The position numbers and the translations under genes were made by a program. A model generated the notes under the pieces. The model had not been told where the DNA came from, searched no databases, and saw nothing but the letters and a program-made list of their open reading frames with translations. From Pirellulales bacterium (GTDB taxonomy: Bacteria; Planctomycetota; Planctomycetia; Pirellulales; PALSA-1355), in contig CAVTBU010000006.1 of assembly GCA_963733035.1 (NCBI GenBank), positions 384,001-448,000 on the forward strand: a DNA stretch of 64,000 nucleotides. Direction: 5' to 3'. Positions 18,539 through 27,644 of this stretch are shown in pieces; within the stretch, counting starts at the first letter, position 1; each line of letters starts with the position of its first letter.

Positions 18539-20134
18539 TCATTCCACTGCCACCGCCTCAACTTCGTGTGTCGGCATGACATTCGCCTTTTGAAGCACGC
18601 CTTCCGGCGGCCCACGAAAACGCTTTCGCTCGTAGGCAAACCAAACGATCGCCGTGAGTACAAACGCGCCAGGCACAGTCCACAGGTTCTGCTCGTTCGG
18701 AGGCTGGATGCCGACCAAAAGAATCAATCCGCAACCAAACACCGACACGACGGCCATCGTGCGGTACATGGTTCCGCTCATGCTCCAGGGCCCCATCTTC
18801 GTCCAGCTACGGCCGTAGGCGAACAAGCCCAACACGGTTGGAATTACATAGGAGATGTACAGAAAGATCGTGCAAGCGCCGGTGATCGTGGAATACGTGC
18901 CAGTATGCACGACAAACGCCACCGACAGCAACGACACGGCCCAAATTGCCACGGCGGGCGTGCGAAAACGTGGACTGACACTTCGGACAAAGCGCGAATA
19001 GGGCAGGCCGCCGTCGCGGGCAAAGGCGTACGCCATTCGCGAAGCCGACGTGACCGTCGCCAGGCCGCAAAAGAACTGCGCAATCACGATGCCCACCGCA
19101 AGGGCTTTCCAGAGACCAGCCGGCAACACGCTCTCCACGATCCAGTGAAACGAATTACTCCCTTGCGCCGCCGCTTCGTCCAGGTCTGGAATGGCCAGCA
19201 CCACGGCCATGAGCATGATCCAGCCGCACACGCCCGACACGGCCACCGAACGCACAATGCCGCGCGGCACGTGGTGTGCGGCGCCGATCGTCTCTTCCGA
19301 CGTGTGAGCCGAGGCATCGAAGCCCGTCACCGTGTAGGCAGGCAGCAGGAACCCAAGCAGAAACAGCCAGGCGAGACTGTTGGTTGCGGGCCACACGTCG
19401 CCACCGGACGACCCGCTGTAGTTGGTAAACGTGACGAGCCGCGAAACATCCAGCGGGCCGGCAAAGGCGAGCATCGCCACGGTCAAGACGGCAGCCACAA
19501 ACAGGATCCAATAGCCGCTGAAATCCACCAGCGCCGACGTGACACGAATGCCCAAGTGGTTGAGCAGCGCCTGGGCACACGTGATACCCATCACCCCTAC
19601 GAGTTGATACTTCAGTTGCGTCGAGGCGTCCCAGGTTGAAATGTCGATTTCGAAACTGCCGGCTAGCGCGCGGAGGGCAAACTCATAAGTGCCCACGTTG
19701 ATCGCGGCGAGCACGGTGACCAGTCCCGCCAGGTTAAACCATGCGGTCAGCCAACCCCAACCACGGCCTCCGAGAATGGCTGCCCAATGATAGAGTCCAC
19801 CGGCCGTTGGAAACGCCGAAGCGACTTGAGCCATGGCCAGTGCCACGCACAGCGACAGCAGGCAGCAGGCGGGCCAGCCGAGTCCAATGGCCGCGCCGCC
19901 GACGCTCGACAGTCCCAGCGGAAACGACGTGATGCCGCCGGCGACGATACAGATGATTGAGAGGGATACCGCGAAATTCGAGAACCCGCTCATCCGCCGC
20001 AGCAGTTCCTGGCCGTAGCCCAGGCTGTTGAGCAGTTCGATGTCGCGAGCGACCGTATCTTCCCTGCTCGCGTCGGCGCGGTGTTGAGCTTTGGGAGATG
20101 AATGGCGGGGCGCGGAATCGTGCGGATCAGACAT
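18539..20134 (-). CDS. APC-superfamily permease of amino acid/choline (ACT) type
   Basis: LGYGQELLRRMSGFSNFA, AFPTAGGLYHW, GFDASAHTSEET, SRMAYAFARDGGLP. About 12 TM helices. Confidence 0.88.
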   Translation of the reverse strand: MSDPHDSAPRHSSPKAQHRADASREDTVARDIELLNSLGYGQELLRRMSGFSNFAVSLSIICIVAGGITSFPLGLSSVGGAAIGLGWPACCLLSLCVALAMAQVASAFPTAGGLYHWAAILGGRGWGWLTAWFNLAGLVTVLAAINVGTYEFALRALAGSFEIDISTWDASTQLKYQLVGVMGITCAQALLNHLGIRVTSALVDFSGYWILFVAAVLTVAMLAFAGPLDVSRLVTFTNYSGSSGGDVWPATNSLAWLFLLGFLLPAYTVTGFDASAHTSEETIGAAHHVPRGIVRSVAVSGVCGWIMLMAVVLAIPDLDEAAAQGSNSFHWIVESVLPAGLWKALAVGIVIAQFFCGLATVTSASRMAYAFARDGGLPYSRFVRSVSPRFRTPAVAIWAVSLLSVAFVVHTGTYSTITGACTIFLYISYVIPTVLGLFAYGRSWTKMGPWSMSGTMYRTMAVVSVFGCGLILLVGIQPPNEQNLWTVPGAFVLTAIVWFAYERKRFRGPPEGVLQKANVMPTHEVEAVAVE

Positions 20135-20201
20135 CAAGCAACTCTAACCGAGAGCGGAAACGGTGGCGCGCCGACGTTCGCCGATTATCACCGCTGCCGC
20201 A

Positions 20202-21590
20202 CTAGCTGACAACCTGCTCCGCGCGCGGACGCGGCTCGCGCCCACCTCGATCGCGGTGTCGTTTCGATAGCACCACCCGAATGCCGTAGCGCGGCCGCAA
20301 CGTCAGAACTGGCGCGAGTCGAATCTCTTGGTCCGGCACCAAGCGCATCGACCAGCCGCTGGCGATCGTGGCCAGCACCAGCATGCTTTCCTGCATCGCA
20401 AACGTGTTGCCGATGCATACTCGCGGTCCGCCGCCAAACGGAAAGTACGACATCTTTGGCCGCGCGGCCGCCCGCTCCGGCAACCAGCGGTCGGGATCAA
20501 ACCTTTCCGGTTCGGAATAGAACCTGCCGTCGCGGTGCATGACCCATTGGCTCATGAAGATCGTCGTGCCCGCTGCCACAGTGTAGGGCCCGAGTTCGAA
20601 ATCGGCCACCGGTTCCCGGCCAATCGTGAAAGCCGGTGGAAAAAGCCGCATGGCCTCGAGCACGACCTGTTCGGTGAGCTTGAGATTCGGCATATCGGCC
20701 GCCGTCGGCAGCCGGCCATCGAGGACGCGGTCGAGTTCCTCGGCCAGCGCTTGCTGAATCTCTGGATGCCTAGCCAGCAGATAGAAGCTCCAGGAAAGAG
20801 AAATGGCCGTTGTCTCGTGGCCCGCCAGCAAGAACGTGCGGGCTTCGTCCGCCAATTGCGCGTCGGTCATCCGGCTGCCGTCTTCGTCGCGGGCATGTAG
20901 CATCATGGACAGCAGATCCTTGCGAGGCGCATCTTCGTGGCGGCGCTGTTGGACGATTTGCTGCACGACTTCGTTCAGTCCACGAACGGCTGCCCGCGCT
21001 CGGCGATTACCGACCGTGGGAATCCAACTCGGCAACGGCATCCGCCGGCCGAAGTTGGCGCTAAAGCTGCGCAATGCCATTAGTAGCGATTCGCCGATGT
21101 CGTGCGATTGGTCGGTGATGTCGGCACCGAACAAGGTGCGGGCGACAATATCCAGAGTCACCTGCATCATGTCGGCATGTACGTCGCGCGTCTGTCCGTC
21201 CTGCCAGGCGTCGAGCATGCGAATCGTCGAGCCGACCATATCCGGCGTGTAGGCCGTAATTCGCTCTGCCTGAAATGCCCCGGCCGCCAAACGTCGCTGC
21301 CGCAGCCAGAATGGACCCTCGCTGGTGAGTAAGCCGTTCCCCAGCACTTGCCGCGTAAAGCGAAACGGAAAGGGCTTCACGAAATTGCGGTTTTGCTTGA
21401 CGACGATTTGCTCGATCAGATCCGGGTGATTTACCAGCAGGCAAGGCCGCCGGCCCAGTCGGAAGTAGACAATATCGCCATACTCCCGCGCACAACGCGT
21501 GAAGAACCCGAGCAGGTCGCTATAAAACTCGCGAAAGTTTCCGGTAAACAGGCGTCCGGGCGGACCGGGAGGGCGATCGGATTGCGTCAT
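20202..21590 (-). CDS. Cytochrome P450
   Basis: AGHETT (I-helix), EAMR (ExxR), FDPDRW, FPFGGGPRVCIG haem-thiolate motif. Start could alternatively be 21620. Confidence 0.95.
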   Translation of the reverse strand: MTQSDRPPGPPGRLFTGNFREFYSDLLGFFTRCAREYGDIVYFRLGRRPCLLVNHPDLIEQIVVKQNRNFVKPFPFRFTRQVLGNGLLTSEGPFWLRQRRLAAGAFQAERITAYTPDMVGSTIRMLDAWQDGQTRDVHADMMQVTLDIVARTLFGADITDQSHDIGESLLMALRSFSANFGRRMPLPSWIPTVGNRRARAAVRGLNEVVQQIVQQRRHEDAPRKDLLSMMLHARDEDGSRMTDAQLADEARTFLLAGHETTAISLSWSFYLLARHPEIQQALAEELDRVLDGRLPTAADMPNLKLTEQVVLEAMRLFPPAFTIGREPVADFELGPYTVAAGTTIFMSQWVMHRDGRFYSEPERFDPDRWLPERAAARPKMSYFPFGGGPRVCIGNTFAMQESMLVLATIASGWSMRLVPDQEIRLAPVLTLRPRYGIRVVLSKRHRDRGGREPRPRAEQVVS

Positions 21591-21745
21591 GGTCTTTGCG
21601 GCATTCGACGAGCGAGGCATTCGGAGCAAGGATTTCAGCGAACGCCTCTAATCGTACAGGTAATTACTCTCGAAACCCACGGCCAATCACTTCAGAGGCC
21701 GCCATCATCGCTTAGAGCAGTTTTCGGCCGCGCGGTTTGCCAGGG

Positions 21746-23056
21746 CTAGGCTTCGCCGAATCCCGTCTTCCGCCCATGCAGCTTTTCACGGGTCGCCCAA
21801 AGTCCGGCGGACGGGGTCGGAATGAAATAGAACCGCTCGCCGTCGGACAGCGTGTTCCAGCCCTGCTTGAGAGTCTCGGGCCGGTAGCGGGCGAGCGTTT
21901 CTTCGAGATCCGCATAGCGGAAGTTCACTCCTTCAATTTCCTTTTTGGTCAGATGACCGGGTGCGTAAGTGATCGCGAAACGTCCCTCCGAGGAGCCGTG
22001 GATGAGGTGTGCAGTGGCATGCCCCAGGTCCTGCATGTCGGCATTTTTGCGGTAGCCCTCGACCACCTTGGCTGTGCCGCAGTAGCCGTACTTGCGAATG
22101 AAGGCGTCGACTTCGGGCTGTTCGCCGAAACGTTTCAGTCCCGGCGCGATAATGACCAGCTCGCCGCCATCGGCCAGCGCCATGCGCGTGCGATAGATGG
22201 CCTTGTTAGCCACCCAGGTACTGACGAACTCGTCGGCCTGCATTACGCACACCATTTTCTGCACCGGCTCGTCGAATACGGTAATGTTTTCCTCGCGCGA
22301 CTGCCTGGCTGCCTCCAGGTACGTCTCCAAATCATCACCGACGTAAATGCCAGTGTGCACCAAATCGTCGCCTTCGTCGCGCGACAAGACTACTTGCACG
22401 TAAAGATCCGGCAGCTTGCACAAAAAGTCGTCCTCGGCCTTGTTAAAGCACGCCCGGGTTGGTGTGATCAGGTTGCCCAGGTTGTTTTCGATGCCACACG
22501 TAGCCGAGAGCATGTGCGAGGCGCAGATCGTGTCCTTACCGGCCAGACCGATGAAATAGTTCTTATTGTGATTCGCAAACCCCAACACTTCGTGCGGCAC
22601 GACGTGCCCGATGTTGATGACCAGATCCCAGGTCTCTTCCATCAACATCCGATTCAAATGAATTGGAATTGGCCAATCCGCCACGCCGCCACAGGCCTGC
22701 TTGACGAACTCGCCGCTGACGTTTCCCAGGTAAACGCAACCGTCGCGCCAATTGTGGGCGTGGATTCGCTCATCGGGGATCGAGCCGAACATCCGCTGAT
22801 TCTCTTCGGGCGTATGCGGCACATGTTGTCCGAGCGTGGGAATGACGTGTACCTCGGCTTCGGCTGCGAGCTCCTGATAGAGCATCTCTGTCATCCGGCC
22901 CACTCCCGCGTGTGCCCGGGTGATGTCTGGCGGCAGCAGCAGCACGCGGCGCGGCTTTGCGCAGAGGCGATGCCGCGCTTCGGCCACCGTTTCGTGCATA
23001 AGCTCTTCGATACGCGGCCAGGAAATGTGTGCGGACTTTTCGGAAATCCAGGACAT
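21746..23056 (-). CDS. LarA-superfamily (DUF2088) nickel-pincer racemase/epimerase, resembling sugar-acid 2-epimerases
   Basis: LLPPDITR, PTLGQH, GHVVPHEVLGFANHNK, STWVANKAIYRTRMA, AHLIHGSSEGRF. Confidence 0.8.
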   Translation of the reverse strand: MSWISEKSAHISWPRIEELMHETVAEARHRLCAKPRRVLLLPPDITRAHAGVGRMTEMLYQELAAEAEVHVIPTLGQHVPHTPEENQRMFGSIPDERIHAHNWRDGCVYLGNVSGEFVKQACGGVADWPIPIHLNRMLMEETWDLVINIGHVVPHEVLGFANHNKNYFIGLAGKDTICASHMLSATCGIENNLGNLITPTRACFNKAEDDFLCKLPDLYVQVVLSRDEGDDLVHTGIYVGDDLETYLEAARQSREENITVFDEPVQKMVCVMQADEFVSTWVANKAIYRTRMALADGGELVIIAPGLKRFGEQPEVDAFIRKYGYCGTAKVVEGYRKNADMQDLGHATAHLIHGSSEGRFAITYAPGHLTKKEIEGVNFRYADLEETLARYRPETLKQGWNTLSDGERFYFIPTPSAGLWATREKLHGRKTGFGEA

Positions 23057-23159
23057 GGAACGGGTTACCTAGGGTGCGGTTGCGGGAGTGAATGAATCGT
23101 AATCGCCGGCAGGCAGAGAGGGCAGGGGGGCTGGCGTCGGGCGGCACGCTACAGCGAGG

Positions 23160-24620
23160 TCATGCATTCCAATGTCGGGCCAGTTCCACCAGCGTGCGGA
23201 CGAATTGTCCGCTACCCCCGGCGTCGCCCCACGGTTTGGCCTTGTCGCGAAACGCCGGCCCGGCGATGTCCAGGTGCACCCAGGGAGTTGTGCCGACAAA
23301 CTGTTCGAGAAACTTAGCGGCCGTGATCGCGCCGCCCCAGCGTCCTTCGCCGACGTTCTTAATGTCGGCAACTTCGCTTTTGATCAAGTCGTCGTAGATT
23401 TCTGGGTTCATCGGCAATTGCCAGAGCGGTTCGCCGGCTGCCCGTGCCGCAGCTAGTACCGTATCGCACATCGGCTGGTCGTTGGTCAGGGCCCCGGCCA
23501 CTTCGGTTCCCAGCGCCACGACGCACGCCCCGGTGAGCGTGGCCAGATCGACGAGCTTGTCGGCGCCGGCTTCACGGGCCACGTCCAACGCGTCGGCCAG
23601 CACCAATCGGCCCTCGGCGTCGGTGTTGTGCACCTCGATCGTGCGACCGTTGCGGGCCGTGAGCACATCGCCTAACTTCATCGCGGCCGGTCCGGTCATG
23701 TTTTCCACTAGACCTGCCACACCGACCACGTTGATCGGCAATTTAAGATTGGCAATGGCTTGCATTGCGCCGAGCATTGTGCAGGCCCCCGCCTTATCGC
23801 ACTTCATTGTGAGCATTCCTTCTGACGGCTTCAGCGACAAGCCGCCGGAATCGAACGTCACGCCTTTACCAACGATGCCTAAAGTCGGAGAATTCTTTGC
23901 TCCACCCTGGTACCGCAGAATCACAAGCCGTGCCGGCCGGCTCGAGCCCTTGGCCACGGCCAGCAGCGCGCCGCAACGTTCGGTTGTCAGTTTTTCTTCG
24001 TCCCAGATTTCAATCTGCAGACCGCAATCTTTGGCGACCGCGACTGCGCGTTTGGCGAACGTCTCAGGGTAAATTTCGTCGGCCGGGCTGTTGACGAGTT
24101 CTCGCGTGAGTTCGATCGCTTCCCCAAGAATCCGGCCGCTGGCGAGTGCCGCTTCATGCTTGCTCGACCAAAGGAGTTTGCCAAACGGATGCCGCTTCTT
24201 TTCCGCGCGATAGAGATCCTGGCCGTGACAGCCAACAATCGCTCCCGCGACGCCGTTCTCGGTTTGCGAGGCCGTCCAGCCATCGTCGATCAACATGGCG
24301 ACAGAATCGCGAGGTTTTGTCGAGAGGACACGGGCGGACGCCGCGGCGCAGCGGAAGGCCATGCCCGCATCGAATGCCTCACGCTTGCCGAGTCCCACTA
24401 TGAGTACTTGCCTGGCCTTGCCCACGGGCACCAGGAGCGGGGCCGTCTCGTACGCCTTTGCGGAAAATTCATTGCGTTCGATCAGCCCGCGGAGGGCTCC
24501 TCGCAGGGCGGTGTCCACATCGTCGGCGGCAACGGACAGCGGGGCATCTTCAAAGACCCCCACGGCCATCGCATCGGCGGGAATTTCCAGGGCGGGTGAC
24601 TGAACGAGCTCGAACTGCAC
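23160..24620 (-). CDS. pepA: Leucyl aminopeptidase (M17)
   Basis: GKGVTFDSGG, NTDAEGRL, ATLTGA, WVHLDIAG. GTG start with RBS AGGA. Confidence 0.95.
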   Translation of the reverse strand: MQFELVQSPALEIPADAMAVGVFEDAPLSVAADDVDTALRGALRGLIERNEFSAKAYETAPLLVPVGKARQVLIVGLGKREAFDAGMAFRCAAASARVLSTKPRDSVAMLIDDGWTASQTENGVAGAIVGCHGQDLYRAEKKRHPFGKLLWSSKHEAALASGRILGEAIELTRELVNSPADEIYPETFAKRAVAVAKDCGLQIEIWDEEKLTTERCGALLAVAKGSSRPARLVILRYQGGAKNSPTLGIVGKGVTFDSGGLSLKPSEGMLTMKCDKAGACTMLGAMQAIANLKLPINVVGVAGLVENMTGPAAMKLGDVLTARNGRTIEVHNTDAEGRLVLADALDVAREAGADKLVDLATLTGACVVALGTEVAGALTNDQPMCDTVLAAARAAGEPLWQLPMNPEIYDDLIKSEVADIKNVGEGRWGGAITAAKFLEQFVGTTPWVHLDIAGPAFRDKAKPWGDAGGSGQFVRTLVELARHWNA

Positions 24621-24766
24621 GGTGAATCCTCGTAGTGACCGACGGCTGAATAGGCAAACCGAACGCATTTTATCCGCTGATCGTCACTTGGCCCAGGACT
24701 GAATCGCAGTGGCCGCCGGCCTGGCCTTCCCTGGTCGAAGGGCTCTGACGTAAGCTAGCAGTAAGC

Positions 24767-26604
24767 ATGGGCTATCGCACGCTACGCGCCTGTTTGACGG
24801 ACTTGGAAGCCACGGGCCAGCTCGTGCGCATCGAGCACGAAATCGACCCGCACTTGGAAGCGGCGGAAATCCACCGGCGCGTGTTCCAAGCGCGCGGGCC
24901 GGCCTTGTACTTTGGAAAGGTCAAGGGGTGCTCGTTTCCCATGGTGAGTAACCTGTTCGGCACGATGGAGCGAGTGCGCTTCCTTTTTCGCGATACGCTC
25001 GCCGGCGTTCGCCGCCTGGTGGAATTGAAAGCCGATCCGAGCGTGGCGGTTCGCCGCCCGTGGAGTCAACTCACCCTGGCGCCCACGTTGTGGCACATGC
25101 TTCCTAAAAGCGTCCGCTCCGGTCCGGCGATTGCTCACGAAACAAGCATCTCGAAACTCCCGCAACTGCAATGCTGGCCCGATGACGGCGGGGCCTTCAT
25201 CACCTTGCCACAGGTTCTTACGGAAGATCCCGTGCGCCCGGACTGCAACATTCGAACCTGGGAATGTACCGCGTGCAGATTTCAGGCGGACAGTACGAGC
25301 CGAACCACGAGGTAGGTTTACATTACCAAATTCATCGTGGCATCGGCGTGCATCACGCTGCCGCATTGGCCCGGGGAGAGGATTTGCGCGTGAACATCTT
25401 CGTTGGTGGGGCGCCTGCGATGAGTGTTGCCGCCGTGATGCCGCTTCCCGAAGGGATGTCGGAGTTGGCGTTCGCAGGAGCGCTGAGCGGACAGCGGATT
25501 CCGATGATCGTGCGGCACGTTGGTCCGCCAGTCTATGCTGAAGCAGACTTTTGCATTTCCGGCGTGATCGAACGAAATCGCAAACTCCCGGAAGGACCGT
25601 TCGGCGACCATTTGGGCTACTACAGCTTGGCACACGACTATCCCGTACTTCGAGTCGAAAAGGTCTGGCATCGCCCGGATGCCGTCTGGCCGTTTACCGT
25701 GGTTGGCCGCCCGCCCCAGGAAGATACGATGTTCGGCGAGTTGATTCACGAGATCACCGGCCCGGCAATTCCCAGCACGATTCCCGGTGTGCATGCCGTG
25801 CACGCCGTTGATGCCGCGGGTGTGCATCCGCTGTTGTTGGTGATCGGAAGCGAACGGTACATGCCGTTCGCGGAGCGCCGTCGTCCCCAGGAACTTCTCA
25901 CGATGGCCAACGCGATTCTCGGCCAGGGGCAGCTCTCGTTGGCAAAATACCTTTGGATCGCGGCACGCGAGGACGAACCGGCGCTCGACATTCACGACAT
26001 CCCCGGCTTCCTGGCCCACATGCTCCGTCGCGTCGACTGGTCGCGCGACTTGCATTTTCAAACCTGCACCACGATCGACACGCTTGACTATTCGGGCGAC
26101 GCGATCAACGAAGGTTCGAAATTGGTAATCGCGGCGGTCGGTCCGGTCGTGCGCGATTTGCCGGGTACGATTGACGGAGCCACGCTTCCGGCCGGCTTTG
26201 GTCCCGCGCGAGTCTGTCTGCCGGGAATCGTCGCGATCGCCGGGCCACGGTTCGAAGCGAGCGACGGCCGCTGTGACGCAAGGCTTGAATCCTTTTCCGC
26301 GGCCATCGACTTGGACAACCCGCTGCGGCGATTTCCCTTGTGGATCATCGTCGATGATGCGGAATTTACGTCTCGTACTTTGGACAATTTCCTTTGGACC
26401 ACTTTTACACGAAGCAACCCTGCGACCGACGTTCACGGCGTGGATGCTTTTGTCCGCCACAAGCACTGGGGCTGCCGCGGACCCCTGGTCATTGATGCCC
26501 GAGCCAAGCCGCATCATGCGCCACCATTGGTGGAAGATCCGGTGGTAGTACGGCGAGTTGACGCACTGGCGGCTCGCGGCGGTCCGCTAAATGGCATCCT
26601 GTGA
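24767..26604 (+). CDS. ubiD: UbiD-family prenylated-FMN decarboxylase (menaquinone-type), frameshifted near 25240
   Basis: SNLFGT, CWPDDGGAFITLP, NLGMYRVQ, EGPFGDHLGYYS, GRPPQED, IDTLDYSG. Confidence 0.88.
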
Positions 26605-27637
26605 GCGACGAACCGGCATGAAAGCGGCCATCGGCTTACTGTACGATCTGCACGCCAGCCCGTTGGGGGCAGGGCTACTGGTCGTCTACACCATGATCAT
26701 CGGCGGCGCTGTTGGCAGCTTCTTGAACGTTGTGGCCCATCGTCTCCCGCTCGGAATGAGTTTGAGCCGGCCGGGCTCGCGTTGCCCGCGCTGCGAGCGG
26801 CCGATCCGTTGGTATCACAACGTCCCGGTCTTCGGTTGGCTGATTCTCCGGGGACATTGCCGCGACTGCGGCGCCCCGATTTCCCCACGCTACCCGCTGG
26901 TGGAACTGTTGGTCGCCGTAGCCAGTGGGAGCGTGTGTTGGAGTGCGCTGGATCCGCTATTTGCTGACGACGAGTTCGTCTACTCGATCAACCTGCTGGC
27001 GGTCGGGTTGCGTCTGATTTTGGTCTACAGCCTGTTCTGTGTGGCGCTACTTGAGTTTGACGGGCGGCGATTGCCGTTGCGCTTGCTATCGGTTGTGTTC
27101 GTCTTCGCGGCGCTTGGCATGTACCTTGTGCCAGAGCTACGACCGACGCAACACCTCAGCGAACAGCCAGTGCCGTCGCTCAAGCAGATGTTCTTTCCTA
27201 TCTTCGGGGCATTATTGTTTGGATTGCTGTCGTGGCCGCTGCTGATGTTGCTCCCTTCAACGGTGCCCACCGATGCAATTACTGGTTTGCTTGCGATCAT
27301 GTTGATCGGCTTGATCATGGGGGGCATGGCGGTGATGTTCGCTGGGCCCTTTGCCGCGACGGTGCTGGTTGCGGCGGTCTGGCTCGCCCATTTCTGGCCG
27401 CCGGCGAGTCGAATCGGCTGGGCCTCCGCCCTGTTGATCGCTACTCTGTTTTGGATGTTGCTGGCAGGGCCTTACATCGGTTCGAATCGACTTCTGGTCG
27501 TCGGGATGTCGATCTTCACCGTGGAAACGCCGTGGCCAACCTTGGTAGCCCTTGGTACGGTGGTGGCGATGGAGTCACTGCTGGGCCGGGCGATCTATGC
27601 TGTAAGCAACCGTCCCCCTCGACCTTCAACGAAATGA
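26591..27637 (+). CDS. Prepilin peptidase (A24) N-terminal-domain membrane protein with divergent C-terminus
   Basis: GSFLNVVAHRLP, SRCPRC, NVPVFGWLILRGHCRDCGAPISPRYPLVE. Confidence 0.8.
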   Translation: MASCERRTGMKAAIGLLYDLHASPLGAGLLVVYTMIIGGAVGSFLNVVAHRLPLGMSLSRPGSRCPRCERPIRWYHNVPVFGWLILRGHCRDCGAPISPRYPLVELLVAVASGSVCWSALDPLFADDEFVYSINLLAVGLRLILVYSLFCVALLEFDGRRLPLRLLSVVFVFAALGMYLVPELRPTQHLSEQPVPSLKQMFFPIFGALLFGLLSWPLLMLLPSTVPTDAITGLLAIMLIGLIMGGMAVMFAGPFAATVLVAAVWLAHFWPPASRIGWASALLIATLFWMLLAGPYIGSNRLLVVGMSIFTVETPWPTLVALGTVVAMESLLGRAIYAVSNRPPRPSTK

Positions 27638-27644
27638 TCGTGAG

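Noticed and set aside
20134..21746. Cobalamin riboswitch upstream of the B12-dependent eut genes
   Set aside because: The intergenic gaps are short and no B12-box or GGGAA/GCCACTG pattern is seen.
21737..23095. Long antisense ORFs (also 9753..10910, 18566..19639, 25318..26517, 39532..40626, 49691..51094, 58971..60176)
   Set aside because: Shadow frames of real genes, expected from high-GC codon bias. No motifs.
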